A stretch of DNA of 64,000 nucleotides from Octopus vulgaris. Its lineage: Eukaryota. Both the position numbers and the translations under genes were made by a program. Under the pieces are notes generated by a model. It saw nothing but the letters and a program-made list of their open reading frames with translations. It had not been told where the DNA came from and ran no database searches. The stretch spans positions 38,316,001-38,380,000 of the forward strand of contig OX597837.1 of assembly GCA_951406725.2 (NCBI GenBank), in the 5' to 3' direction. Of this stretch, positions 1-13,585 are shown one piece after another (the stretch's first letter is position 1; each line of letters starts with the position of its first letter).

Positions 1-612
1 TGCTGGCGGTGGTGCAAGTGGTGGTGGTGGTGGTGATGGTGGTGGTGATGGTGGTGGTGATGGTGGTGATGGAGTAGAATTGATGAAGGAAAGGTGGGTG
101 TAAGGGGTGAGTTGCACAACTTTAAAAACAAAAGACACGCGCTAGAAGAGGTGGAGGGTAGAATGGGGCGGTGGGGCGAGCGGGGTGGAGGTGGAGGTGA
201 TAGATGTTGTATGAGGAGGAGGAGGAGGAGGAGGAGGTAAGGGTGGAGACAGGGAGTTGTAGCTAGATGCTGAGGGGTGTGTGTGTGCATGTGTGTGTAT
301 GTGTGTGTCTTTGTGTATATATATGTATGTGTGTGTATGTATATATGTGTATTCAGGGTACTTTAGGAAAAATCAAGATTTTGTGCGTGCGTGCGCGTGC
401 GCGTGTGTGCGCATGATCACAGAAAGAAAACGAAAAGACTGGAAGAGGTAAAAAAAATTAAGGCGGGGTGGGGGGCAGATAAGAAATACAAAGAAGAAGA
501 AGAAGACGAAGAAGAAGAAGGAGAAGAAGAAGAAGAAGAAGAAGAAGAAGAAGAAGAAGAAGAAGAAGAAGAAGAAGAAGAAGAAAAATAATAATAATAA
601 TAATAATAATAA

Positions 613-643
<31 letters not shown>

Positions 644-931
644 GAGAGGAAGGAATGAAGAGGAAGGACAGGTGGAGACGGTTAGAAAAAGGTGAGGGGA
701 ATGTTGTTAAAGAAAAAAACGAAAGAGACGAAGGAATGATGAAAAAGGACGAGGAAGCTGTGCGCGACGAACAGACAGAAATGAAAGTAGACCACGTGAC
801 TCAGACATGAGCAATGGTGGCGGCGGCGGTGGTGCGCGTGATTACGACCACGACGATGATGATGGTGGTGATGAATGAAGACGACGATGATGACGATGAC
901 GATGATGATGACGACGATGATGCTGATGACA

Positions 932-968
<37 letters not shown>

Positions 969-1000
969 CGATGGTGATGACGACGATGATGCTGATGACA

Positions 1001-1031
<31 letters not shown>

Positions 1032-1280
1032 CGATGGTGATGATGGTGATGATGGTAATGATGATGATGATGACGATGATGATGATGACGATGATGATGA
1101 TGACGATGATGATGATGACGATGATGATGATCAAGATGGCGATGATGATGATGATGGTGATGATGATGACGATACCTTTTCTCTGTCGTAAATTTTTTTT
1201 TCATCAGTTTCTAATCTATCGTCGTGTGTTCAACCCGTTTTCTTTCATGCATGCACCATCCACTACTCGTTGGCTTCATT

Positions 1281-1331
<51 letters not shown>

Positions 1332-1453
1332 CGCACACACACACTCATACATAGACATACAGACGTAGATACATACATTTACATATGCTCAAATAAATAC
1401 ACGTATATACAATTATATCTATACGCACACTCAAATATATATACACACACTTC

Positions 1454-1484
<31 letters not shown>

Positions 1485-1790
1485 GCACACACACATTCTC
1501 ATATATATATGTATATACATGTGTGCATGTGTGTGTGTACACACTCAAACATACGTACATTCAATTATATCTATACATACACTAAAATACAAACACACAC
1601 ACACACATTCAAACGTATACACGTATTCACATAACAAACTCTCTATACGCACACACAAATAAATATACATGTAAATTCTCAAATATATACACATGTACGC
1701 ACACATACACATATGCACACACACTGACACACGTCGACTGCAACTGCACATACACACACAACACCATACACGTATACACTCACTCGCATT

Positions 1791-1943
1791 GTGGCTGTGT
1801 GGTAAGAAGCTTGCTTCCCAACCACATTGTTCCAGGTTCAGTCCTACTGCGTGGCACCTTGGGCAAGTGTCTTCTACTATGATCTTGGGTCGACCAAAAC
1901 CTTGTGAGTGGATTTGGTAGACGGAAGTTGAAAGAAGGCTGTC

Positions 1944-1978
<35 letters not shown>

Positions 1979-2090
1979 GACAGCCATTGTTGGTGTGTTT
2001 ACGTCCTCGTAACTTAGAAGTTCAGCAAAAGGCTCCGATAGAATAAGTACTAGGCTTAAAAAATAAGCTCTGGAGCCGATTCATTCGACT
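1791..2090 (+). mobile_element. tRNA-derived SINE, family A (internal TA tract)
   Basis: A-box-like gtggctgtgtggtaag and B-box-like ggttcagtcc; body shared with the 19845, 32409 and 58817 copies. Confidence 0.8.
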
Positions 2091-2240
2091 GCAAGTTACA
2101 TACGGACGTATACACACCATAAACCAATACATATACACATATTTATACACACAAACACATGGATACATACACATACACACAGATACAAATACATAATACA
2201 TACATAAAGACATAAACATGTACATATATATATGCCCCCA

Positions 2241-2299
<59 letters not shown>

Positions 2300-2301
<2 letters not shown>

Positions 2302-2460
2302 GGGAGAGTTCACAAAATAAGAGTTCACAAAATACGACAAACAGATGTTTAACGCTCGGGAAGTGAAAAAGTCTTTAACGTTTCGAGCCTACGCTCTTCC
2401 ACAGAAAGCAATTCAGAAAGAAAAAAAGTGAGAAAATAAAGAATGTGTAGTGGGTAGCTA
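2300..2460 (-). mobile_element. Short Penelope-like (PLE) terminal-repeat element, CUGUNGA family, next to (TA)n
   Basis: Shares sequence with the 11768, 39079, 48069, 48307 and 63770 copies; carries an HHR motif. Confidence 0.6.
2373..2408 (-). ncRNA. Minimal type I hammerhead-like motif, variant core
   Basis: Minus strand reads CUUU-CUGUGGA-A-GAGC(GUAG)GCUC-GAAAC-GUU-AAAG. Confidence 0.6.
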
Positions 2461-2604
2461 TTTGTTTCAGTCATTTGACTGTGGCCATGCTGGAGCACCG
2501 CCTTTAGCCAAACAAATCGACCCCAGTTCTTATTCTTTGTCAAGCGATGGCGGGGTGACAAACCCAGACGCAGAAACACATACATAGATGCATACATACA
2601 TACA

Positions 2605-2693
<89 letters not shown>

Positions 2694-2728
2694 GTAAATA
2701 TAATATGTGACAATTATTCGGTAGCCAT

Positions 2729-2777
2729 GATAAAACTCCGAGTTTCGGATGTCGGGGCGGAAATCTCTTCAGTTATC
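2729..2777 (-). ncRNA. Type I hammerhead ribozyme motif
   Basis: GAUAA-CUGAAGA-GAU..AUC-C-GAAAC-UCGGA-GUU-UUAUC; stem I is 5 bp, stem III ACUCGGAGU is near-palindromic. Confidence 0.7.
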
Positions 2778-3079
2778 GGGCCATCGAGAAAATGGTATGG
2801 AAAGATGGCTCATCTGGAATAGCAGCTTAGACCCCGCCACATGTCTAAATTCAAGAACTGAACTTTTCAGGTCATGTCCACATACAGCTAGATATTTGCT
2901 ACGTTTCCCACCCACCCCACGAGATTAAAGATAGGACTTTTTATATTGTGTCCACAAAGCTTTTTATCTCTCAATACTTTTTACTTATATTTCTTATATA
3001 TTTTTTTATATTCCTTATATATTTTTTATATAGTCTTATACATATTTATAGAAAGAAAGAGTATTTTTTTCGATGACCC

Positions 3080-3140
3080 GATAACTGAAGAGATGCCGGC
3101 TTGGTTTTCCGCCCCAACATCCGAAACTCGGAGTTGCATC
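3080..3140 (+). ncRNA. Type I hammerhead motif with partly mutated stem I
   Basis: GAUAA-CUGAAGA-GAUG..CAUC-C-GAAAC-UCGGA-GUU-GCAUC. Confidence 0.6.
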
Positions 3141-3228
3141 ATGGCTACCGAATAATTGTCGCATATTATATTTACAGATAAATTCCTCTATTTACATAAT
3201 GTCGAGGTCTCTTTCATTCTTTTGTTGT

Positions 3229-3274
<46 letters not shown>

Positions 3275-3600
3275 GCACATACACAAGCAAATATATACAT
3301 CTATCTATGCGTATACATCACGTATATATGCAAATACACATATACAACATATACAGTACCAATACATATACTCTCAGATGTGTAATTATACACATCTACG
3401 CAGAGATACACATACTCATATATATATAGAAAAAGAAATATATATATATACGTGCATATATACACATATATACATGCACATACGCATTCCCCAATACGTA
3501 CATAACCACCAATACTCATATATACACACAGGCAGTCATAAATACATAGATATACACACTTGCATATACCATACATATAGCTAGATAAACACCCTTATAC

Positions 3601-3663
<63 letters not shown>

Positions 3664-4237
3664 GTTATATATATATATATATATACTTACACATACGTAT
3701 ACATGTAACTATAAACGTACATGCGCACACCAACGCAGATACATTCATACTCCTACCTAGACACATGCGTATATATAAAAACCTACCTGCCCATATAACG
3801 ACCAACCTACCTACATAATACAAACATACATGCATGTACACATATAAAACATGCATAACATATACATCATTCCATATACACGCATCTAGTTATATCCACC
3901 ATAATACATGTGCCCCAACCCGTACACATACACATTCCTAAACGCACCAATGCGAACGTCATACCATACACGTGAACATACAGACCTACCACATACACAC
4001 ACACATACACAAGCGAACAGGAAACCATTCTCCTCCATTGCAGCCACCCACCCACCCACCCACCAAGATACCCCACACACCACCCCTGAATTTCACCCAA
4101 CACTGAATCCAGATCAAATTCCTTTTTTGTTAGCGTTTTTTAAATTGATTTTTTATCATTCGGGGGCGTTTGCCATCCTCCTTCGTCTTCCAATACCTGA
4201 AGCATGTTTGTTTTTTTTTTAAACGTTCTTATCCACT

Positions 4238-4422
4238 ATCATCATCATCATCATCATCACCATCATCATCGTCGTCGTCGTCGTCGTCTTCGTTGTTGTC
4301 ATCGGAGGCAGCAAAGCAGCAGCAGCTACGGCAAAAACAGAAGCCTCACAAACACCACCAGCCTCAACATCATCATCATCATCATCATTATCACCATCAC
4401 CACCACCACCATCGTCATCATC

Positions 4423-4454
<32 letters not shown>

Positions 4455-4730
4455 CATCATCACCATCATCACCATCATCATCACCATCATCGTCATCATC
4501 ATCATCATCATCATCATCATCACCATCACCATCACCACCACCACCATCGTCATCATCATCATCATCATCATCATCATCACCATCATCATAATCATCATCA
4601 ACATCATCATCACCATCATCATCACCTACATCATCATCATAATCATCATCATCATCATCATCATCGTCGTCGTCATCATCATCACCATCATCATCGTCGT
4701 CGTCGTCGTCGTCATCCTCACCATCATCAC

Positions 4731-4772
<42 letters not shown>

Positions 4773-4792
4773 AATCGTCGTCGTAGTCGTCG

Positions 4793-4826
<34 letters not shown>

Positions 4827-4828
4827 TA
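4238..4828. repeat. Compound (CAT/CAC/CGT)n microsatellite
   Basis: Directly visible; representative of many similar tracts (850-1170, 7900-8500, 10750-11160, 17450-18440, 30690-31490, 41500-41893, 44590-45090, 55228-56052, 57586-57973). Confidence 0.95.
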
Positions 4829-5168
4829 CCTGAGAGAAACTTTAACGCGCTGGACAAAATACTTTTCTTTTCTTGGCGTTGTATTTGTATATGTTTTTGC
4901 TTTATTTTTGTTGTGAAACTGACCTGAACTGCAACGAACTGGTCAACAGATTTTGTCTTCCTCGCCCCCAACGGGGCAAAATTACGGGAAACTGGAATTG
5001 TTTACTAATCAAGCTAAAATTTCTAAAATGGCGTCTGTGCTTGCCGGTCCGCTGGCAAGAGAGAATATTGGGAGTCGGTTTTGAAACTGAAGCTGTAACT
5101 GTACCGTACCAAAGCCGTGACTAAGATTCCCGCCTGTTACAACAGTAATAATTGAACAGCTACAGCAG

Positions 5169-5530
5169 TGGAGGCGCAATGGCCCAATGGTTACGGCAGC
5201 GGACTCGCTGTCGGAGGCTCCGGCAGGGGGTGGTGGCGACCCCTGTTGTACTCTTTCGCTCCAACTTTCTCTCACTCTTTTTTCCTGTTTCTCGACCCCG
5301 ACTTGACTTCCTACGCAACCGCTGAGCCTGGATGCGCATTCATCCATCCGTCGATGCTCTCGGTGTCGGGGGTTGACCTGCATTCTCTTCTGCGGGTCTT
5401 ACGAATAGCAAAGGACCACAATTTTCTCTCACTCTTTCGTCCTGCATCTTGCAGCTCACCTTAGACGGACTGGCGTCCCGTCTAGGTGGGGAACCTATAC
5501 GCCAAGGAAACCGACCCTTATAAGCCAGAT
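5169..5530 (+). mobile_element. tRNA-derived SINE, family C (internally deleted)
   Basis: Head ggaggcgcaatggcccaatggtta; body matches the reverse complement of 35790-36115. Confidence 0.8.
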
Positions 5531-5689
5531 TTGCTAAACCGGTCCCAGCAATTGGCTTAACAGGTCGATAAATTAAGTACCAGATGAAATCGACTTACCC
5601 CCCTCCCCACAAATTTCAGGCCTTGTGCCTTTAGTAGAAAGGATTATTTCCCCGGAAATCACTGCAAACAGAGATATATGAAAGGTGAA

Positions 5690-6062
5690 TAGGCCCTCCG
5701 TCGGTTTCGATGACGAGGGCTCCAATTTATCCGATCAGCAGAACCGCTTGCTCTTGGAATTAATGTGCTTAGAACTCCACAGCCACTCGTGTTCTTAATG
5801 TAGTTCTCGGAGAGATTCAGCGTGAGAAGGCTGGCTCCTTTTGAATTGCGGGTACAACCCATCTTTGCCAGGTGAATGGACTGGAGCTACATGGAATAAA
5901 GTGTCTTGCTCAAGAAGACAACGTGACACTATATATATAAACTGGGACTCCGTCAGTTATGACGATGAGGGTTCCAGTTGATCCGATCAACGGAACAACT
6001 TGCTCTTAAAATTGACGTGCTAGTGGCTGAGCATTCCACAGACGCGCGTACCCTTAACGTAG
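5690..6062 (-). mobile_element. Two partial SINE family E copies
   Basis: ctccgtcggtt..gatccgatca..gtggctgag.. is shared with 61372-61905. Confidence 0.7.
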
Positions 6063-6735
6063 GTATTTCGTCTGCCGATAAGTTCTGAGTTCAAATTCCA
6101 TCGAGATCGACTTTGCCTTTTATCCTTTCGGGGTCAATAAAATGAGTACTAGTTATGCACTGGGGTCGATTTAATCGACTACGCTCTCCCCAAAATTTCA
6201 GGCCTTGTGCCTAGAGTAGAAACGATTATTACTATATACCAAAGGAAGTGAGCTGGCAGACTCGTTAGCGTGCTGGGCAAAATGCTTAGCGGTAGTTCGT
6301 CTGCCGCTACGTTCTGAGTTCAAATTCCGCCGAAGTCGACTTTGCCTTTCATCCTTTCTGGGTCGATTAAATAAGTACCAGTTACGCACTGGGGTCGATG
6401 TAATTGACTACGCCACTCCCCCAAAATTTCAGACCTTTTGTCTACAGTAAAAAGGATTATTGTTGTTGTAGTTGTTGTTAAGGCGATGATCTTGCAGAAT
6501 CGTTAACAGCCCGGACAACAGGCTTAGCAGCATTTGGTCCGTCTTTACGTTCTGAGTTCAAATCTGGCCGAGGTCGACTTCGCCTTTTATCCTTTCAGGG
6601 GTCGATCAAATGAGTACCAGTTGAGCAGTAGGGTCGATGTAATCGACTTGAATCCCCACCGAACACCACCCTTCCCCTTCCCCCTCCCCCAGGCAAAATT
6701 GCTGGCCTTGTGTCAAAAATTGGAAACTTTTATTA
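6063..6735 (+). mobile_element. Three tandem tRNA-derived SINE family B copies
   Basis: Repeated ttctgagttcaaattccgccgaggtcgactttgcctttcatcctttcggggtcgat..agtaccag; the central domain resembles, from memory, the Meta-SINE domain. Confidence 0.85.
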
Positions 6736-7358
6736 CTGAACACCACAAAAGATTTCGCTTGCTATCCCCCCCTGTCAACCCCTGCCATTTTCCCACCTTT
6801 CCTTCCCGCCATTTTGCCTCTCCGCCACCTCGGTTACAGCGCCACCACCCCTTATGTTAATTATATTTATATTTATAGCAATAATTTTTCTCTTTATCAT
6901 ATTTTAAATTAACTCTTTTGTCTTCGACTTGCCGACAGAAGGAAATTTATTTCGGCATTTTTGCATTGCATTGTGGGATTACACGTGGAGTATAATGAGG
7001 TGGCGGGAAGAGGAGCGGGGAGAGGGTGGATGGCGAGAAGGAAGTGTCTACATTAAAGTGTGTACTCTGTGTGTGTGTATGTGTGTGTGTGTGTGTGTAC
7101 GAGTGTGGTGAATGTTGGTATGTGTGTGTAGTGTATGCGTATGCATAATGTCTCTGAGTTTGTGAGTGTATGTGTGTGTGTGTGTGTGTGTGGAAGAAGT
7201 TATAAAATATGTATGCGTGTGTATGCATGTATAGAGTGCGTGTATGTATGTTTAGGGTGCGTGTATGTATAATTTGTGTATGTGTGTGTAGTTATGAAAT
7301 ATGTGTGAATGTGTCTTTATAGTTGTATGTATGTATGTATGTATGTATGTATGTGTGA

Positions 7359-7397
<39 letters not shown>

Positions 7398-7558
7398 TGT
7401 ATATGTATGTAGAGATGTGGATATATATATGGTTTGTGTTATTTCATGTGTGCGTGTGTGTATAGCTTTATAAAATGTAGATGTATGTGTATGTATTATG
7501 TATGTATGTATATATGTATATATGTATGTATGTGTGTATATATGTATGTACGTGTGTG

Positions 7559-7590
<32 letters not shown>

Positions 7591-7906
7591 TGTATGTATG
7601 TACGTGTGTGTGTGTCTGTCTGTAAGTGTATGTATGTATGGTTCGTATATGCGTGTGTATGTGTGATGAAGAACGCAATCGAAATGAATTAGAAATAATA
7701 ATTCAGAAAAGACAGAAAGAAAGAAAGAAAGAAAGACAAGGAAGGAAGAAAGATACAAAGAAACAAAACAAAAAACACAAAGGAAATGAAAGTAAAAATA
7801 ATAATAAAAAACAGTCCCTCGAAAATGAAGAATTGGAGCAGAAATATAAGTGTGAAAACTGATGACAGAAAGAATTTGAAAATTCTTGGAGAAAATAATA
7901 GTAATG

Positions 7907-8030
<124 letters not shown>

Positions 8031-8133
8031 CAATAATAATAATAATATAAATAATAATAATAATAATAATCACCGTGGATAATGGCGATATTAAAATAGT
8101 GATGAACTTGGTGTTGGTGGTGGTGGTGGTATA

Positions 8134-8166
<33 letters not shown>

Positions 8167-8173
8167 GCGGTGG

Positions 8174-8205
<32 letters not shown>

Positions 8206-8315
8206 TTGATGATGATGGTGGTGATGATGATGGTGATGTTGATGATGATGATGATGTTGATGATGATGATGATGATGATGATGTTGATGATGATGATGAT
8301 GATGATGATGATAAC

Positions 8316-8403
<88 letters not shown>

Positions 8404-8404
8404 T

Positions 8405-8435
<31 letters not shown>

Positions 8436-8892
8436 GTTGATGATGTTAATGATGCTCGTCGATATCATTATCATGGTCGTCATCGCCGTCGTCGTCGTCG
8501 TCATCATCGTATTCGTCTTCTAAATGTAACTTTAACAAAAGTATCACCAATACGCATACATACTCACAAATATGCGTGTATGTATGTATTTATGTATGTA
8601 TGTATGTATGTATGTATGTATGTATGTATGTATGTATGTATGTGTGTGTGTATGTATGTATGTATGTATGTATGTGTGTATGTATGTGTGCATGTATAAA
8701 TGTATGTATAGTTATATGTATATAAATATATATGTATGTGTGCATATATATATATATACACGTATGTATGCATGTATATATACACACAAATGTGTATGTG
8801 TGTGCCTGTGTGTGTTTTCTTGTATGTGCTAACGAATGAAATGCTAGCTTTACAGAACACCAAAATCATGCCACGCAAAAATTGACGGCGTC

Positions 8893-8944
<52 letters not shown>

Positions 8945-8951
8945 GTGGTGG

Positions 8952-8995
<44 letters not shown>

Positions 8996-9199
8996 GTAGT
9001 GGTGTTAGTGATGGTGGTGGTGGTGGTGGTGGTGGTGGTGGTAGTGGTGGTTGTATCCGCGCAATGGAAAGGAGAATTTAAAAAAAAAATATGGCCGGCG
9101 GCAAAAATGATTTTGAAAAATGAAAAAAAAAACTGTTGTTTCATTAATTTAGTGTGAATAATTCATAATTGTAATATCTTGATAAATATAACATTGAGT

Positions 9200-10279
9200 G
9201 GGGGATGGGGAGAGAGAGAGAAGGAGAGAGAGAAAAGAGACAGTCAGAGGGAGAGAGTGAGAGAGAAAAAAGAGACAGATAGACAGAGAGAGAGTGAGGG
9301 AGAGAAAGGGGAAAAGAGAAGAGACAGATAGACAGAGGAAGCGAGAGAAAAGAGACACATAGACAGAGGGAGACAGAGAGAGGGAGGGAGTTAGAGAAAC
9401 AGAGAGGGAGAAAGAGACGGAGAGAGAGTGGATGGAGAAAGAGGGTGAGATTGAGAGAGAGAGGGAGAAAAGAGACAGAGAGTTGGAGAGAGAGAAAAGA
9501 GGCAGATAGATATAGGGAGAGAGAGAGGGGAGAGTTATTGAGGGAGGGAGGGGGAGGAGGAGGAAGGAGAGAGACACAGACTGGAAGAGAGAATCAGGAA
9601 GATAGAGAAAAGGAGCGAGTGAGAAGGACTGAGAGTGAAATAGAGAGGGGAGAAGGAGAGGGAGATGGAGAATGAGAGAAAGAGAGGTATAGAGATAGAA
9701 AGAGAGAGACATATAGTGAACGAGAGAATGGGAGAGAGCGAGAAGGAGAGAGGTGGTGAGCGAGAGAAAGGGAGAGACCAAGAAAGAAAGAGAGAGAGAG
9801 AAAGACAAACGGACACAGGGAGAGAGAAGGAGGGAGAGAGGGGAGAATGGGAAGAAGAGATAGAAACGAACAGGGAAGGAAAGAGAGGAGGAGAGATGGA
9901 GAGAAGGAGCGAGAGATAGGAAAGAAATTATAGAGAGAAGAAGAGAGAGACAAATGGAAAAAGAGGAAGAGGAAAGGGAGTGAGAGAGAAAGAGAGAACG
10001 AATGAGAGAGGAAAAGAGAGCGTGGGAGGGAGATAGAGAGAGAAAGTTAGAGTGAGAGAGAGAAGTGACGGAGTGAAAGCGGAAGAGAGAGAAGGAGGTA
10101 GAGACGGAAAATAAAGAAAGGGGAGAGGAAGAGAGAGAGTGAGAAAGAGAGGAAGAGGGAAAGTAACAGATACAAAGAGAGATAAAGAGAGACGGAGAGA
10201 TTAAGAGAGAGAGAGAGAGGAAAGGACAGAGAGAGACAGAGCGACAGAGAAAGAAATATATATATACAGATAGATAGAC

Positions 10280-10328
<49 letters not shown>

Positions 10329-10350
10329 GAGTGAGAGAGAGGGGGAGAAT
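9200..10350. repeat. About 1.15 kb GA-rich polypurine low-complexity tract
   Basis: Almost entirely purine on the + strand. Confidence 0.9.
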
Positions 10351-10467
10351 ATAAAAAAAGATAGTTATGAAATATTTGTTAATATTTTTGAAATAATTTT
10401 CTCCCGTTGAAAAGAATCGATTTGGAAGATATCTAAAGAAACAAACACACACACACACACACACATG

Positions 10468-10532
<65 letters not shown>

Positions 10533-10563
10533 GTATGTACATACGTATGTATGTTTGTATGTA

Positions 10564-10596
<33 letters not shown>

Positions 10597-10789
10597 AAAT
10601 GTACTATGATGATGATGGTGGTGATGGTGGCTGTGGTGGTGGTGGTGGTGATGGTGGTTGTGGTGGTGGTGGTGGTGGTGCCAATAGCATATTTTGAAAG
10701 ATGTGTATCAAACGGTTTTCAAATATATATATATTACAACAGCAACAATAAATAATAACAATAACAATAATAATAACAATAATGATAAC

Positions 10790-10853
<64 letters not shown>

Positions 10854-10868
10854 GTTATAATAATAATA

Positions 10869-10900
<32 letters not shown>

Positions 10901-10955
10901 AATGATAATGATAATAATAATACTTTTAATAATAATAACAATAATAATAATGATG

Positions 10956-10992
<37 letters not shown>

Positions 10993-10994
10993 TG

Positions 10995-11049
<55 letters not shown>

Positions 11050-11434
11050 TAAGAAGAAGAATGAAGAAGAAAGAAGAAGAAGAAGAAGAAGAAGAAGAAG
11101 AAGAAGAAGAACAACAACAACAACAACAGCAACAACAACAACAACAAAAAACAACAACAACAACATTAATATTAATCTGCTACAAATCGTCAGAACGGAA
11201 AACAAGGGAAACTCCAAAATACAGAAGGGGCTTGCTTTCATCTCGGGCCCTCTTCTTTGCATCAAACACCTGAAACGTTAACGCGGGATCCTCAAAGCCT
11301 TAAAACACCTCCGGGCCTCACGAAGCTGCAATCAGAAATTGCATAGAGCCATTAACGCCTCAAGAAATTATTGCAGTCAAATTCCTCAAATTAAAATCGG
11401 AACGTGCTCGTTAGACCTGCTGGAAATAGCAGCC

Positions 11435-11529
<95 letters not shown>

Positions 11530-11603
11530 CCTCTGTCTGTCTATCTCTCTAAATGTTTACGTATTTCCTGCTATTTGCACCGTTGGTGACGTTCTGTATC
11601 CAT

Positions 11604-11673
<70 letters not shown>

Positions 11674-11709
11674 TATATATTATTTTATTCAACGCGACGT
11701 ATCCATTTC

Positions 11710-11770
<61 letters not shown>

Positions 11771-11782
11771 TCTTCCTATTTA

Positions 11783-11816
11783 TTCCTGTCGAATAGCGTA
11801 GGCTCGAAACGTAGAA
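11783..11816 (+). ncRNA. Minimal HHR-like motif (CUGUNGA family) in PLE-like element 11768-11915
   Basis: UUC-CUGUCGA-A-uAGC(GUAG)GCUc-GAAAC-GUA-GAA; flanked by (TA)n. Confidence 0.55.
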
Positions 11817-12147
11817 GACTTTTCCATTTTTCCCTCAGCGTTAAACTAATACACCTGCTTGTTGTTCCTACACCCGTCTTCGTTTTTTCTGTCTTCTTTC
11901 TGTAACTTTGAACTATATATGTATATATATATATATATGTATATATATAAGTAGTTGAATGAATTATCCTAGTATGGATAATTCGGTTAACCGATACCCG
12001 GGTAGCAAATTCACGTCAGAAAAACACGGTTGAAGCTACATGCCAAGGGCAGAGATCACGTGCTTACGTGTGGAAATTTGTGTGTTTTTTTTAATACAAA
12101 TAAATGAGAAAACGGAGTTGAACGACGAATTAACAAAATTCCTTTAT

Positions 12148-12228
12148 TCTCGACATATGTTTCGAATACTGCATATTCCTAATTTCGAAGGAATAATGGG
12201 TGCATTATGCCGCCTTCTCATCAGGAAA
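12148..12228 (-). ncRNA. Type I hammerhead ribozyme, canonical core, long stem II
   Basis: UUUC-CUGAUGA-GAA..[UGCA..UAUUCCU/AGGAAUA..UGCA]..UUC-GAAAC-AUAU-GUC-GAGA; palindromic stem III ACAUAUGU. Confidence 0.8.
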
Positions 12229-12605
12229 GACAAGGAACTTATGTTAGCATCATGATGAACAAAAACTTTTAGATGACTGCCCACACGGAGTCCATAGTGA
12301 TAATATTATCTGTGTTGCTCATTTGATGGTGTTTTGTGTTGTGAATGAAAATTTGATAACGTATTGGTAGTATTTGTGGATAGATGGGGTGGGGGGGGGG
12401 AGATGTGTATGATTAGAATGGGGAGATAGATCAGAATGAAGAGAGGAAGAGAAAATTAGAGGAAGAAAGAGAGTAAAATGGTAAATAATGAGACGAGTTT
12501 GAAAACATGAATATAAGCGATTAGTATGAAATACGGATTATTTGTTGAAACAGCCGAAACAGGAGTAAGAATTCATACTAATAACTATTCTTTTGCATCA
12601 TGTAA

Positions 12606-12642
<37 letters not shown>

Positions 12643-12647
<5 letters not shown>

Positions 12648-12853
12648 TTCGGAATGGTCATATTGCCAGTTTAGCCAATAAAAACGCACGCACTATATAT
12701 TTGGTGTTACTTTGCTTCAGTGTTATTTATTTTTTACATTAATCTTAATCTTATTTCGACCAGAGTTCTTTCGTCACACTCCTGTGACCGCATCAGTGGT
12801 CCTTTGTTTTCTTCTTTCTTATTTGTGTCTCTCCTTGACCATTCCGAAATATA
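12643..12853. mobile_element. Short element with 18-bp inverted repeats enclosing an HHR-like motif
   Basis: tatatttcggaatggtca (12643-12660) and tgaccattccgaaatata (12836-12853); follows a TA tract. Confidence 0.65.
12758..12801 (-). ncRNA. Type I HHR-like motif, variant at position 9
   Basis: GACCA-CUGAUGCG-GUCAC(AGGAGU)GUGAC-GAAAG-AA-CUC-UGGUC; stems I and II are perfect 5 bp. Confidence 0.65.
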
Positions 12854-13386
12854 ACAATATCTGTTTCAACACACGACTTCACATAAAAAATCTTGCACAA
12901 CAATATAATTAAACGTACTATATATATATATATATATTAGAGGGAAACCACTATGTGGACACCCTTATGCTAGAAATAGATCCGCTATGGTCTTACCAAT
13001 AAGAAATGTTCTCAAGAAAAATTTAGCAAAACAACCAAAACGTAATCGAGCAAGACAAAGAGAAAAAGCAATAAAACTATGGATTATTCTCATACATGTT
13101 TCACTATTAAAATATTACGTAATTTTACTTACATAAATGTCCGTAGATCATCGGTACAACCGTCCAGATAATTTGCAGGACTGCATAGTAGGACGTCCGC
13201 ACAAAGTCAGACTTGTAAACAGTTCTACACATTACACTCGTGGTTACTATTTCAAATGTCCTCGTTTTGGCGCGCTATATTACCGGAAAAAACTGATATT
13301 GGAGATAATACTTTACTGCAGTGACTTTTGCCGGTTAGAAAACGTATTAATATAAATTTAAATTTAAAATAAGGGTGAGAAATTCG

Positions 13387-13585
13387 ATATCTCAAAAGGA
13401 AATGGAGATAAGGAAGTTAATAATTGCTTATTATGAACATATTGGTCATCTTCGCTTCTTACAGCCGTTTCAATTAACACGCAATAATAATGAGTATTAA
13501 TTGCAGCGGCTGCAAGAATCGAAGATGACCAATTTCTAATAAACAATTATCAGCTTCCTTGCCTCCATTTTTCTCTCTTTGATAT

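Larger units (their letters stand above)
2692..3230. mobile_element. PLE-like element with inverted terminal repeats, between two (TA)n tracts
   Basis: About 2692-2790 is an inverted copy of about 3063-3177; both arms hold an HHR; a 3' extension follows the right arm. Confidence 0.7.

Noticed and set aside
12552-12572. GCCGAAAC-AGGA-GTA, a possible HHR 3' half
   Set aside because: No 5' core or supporting stems.
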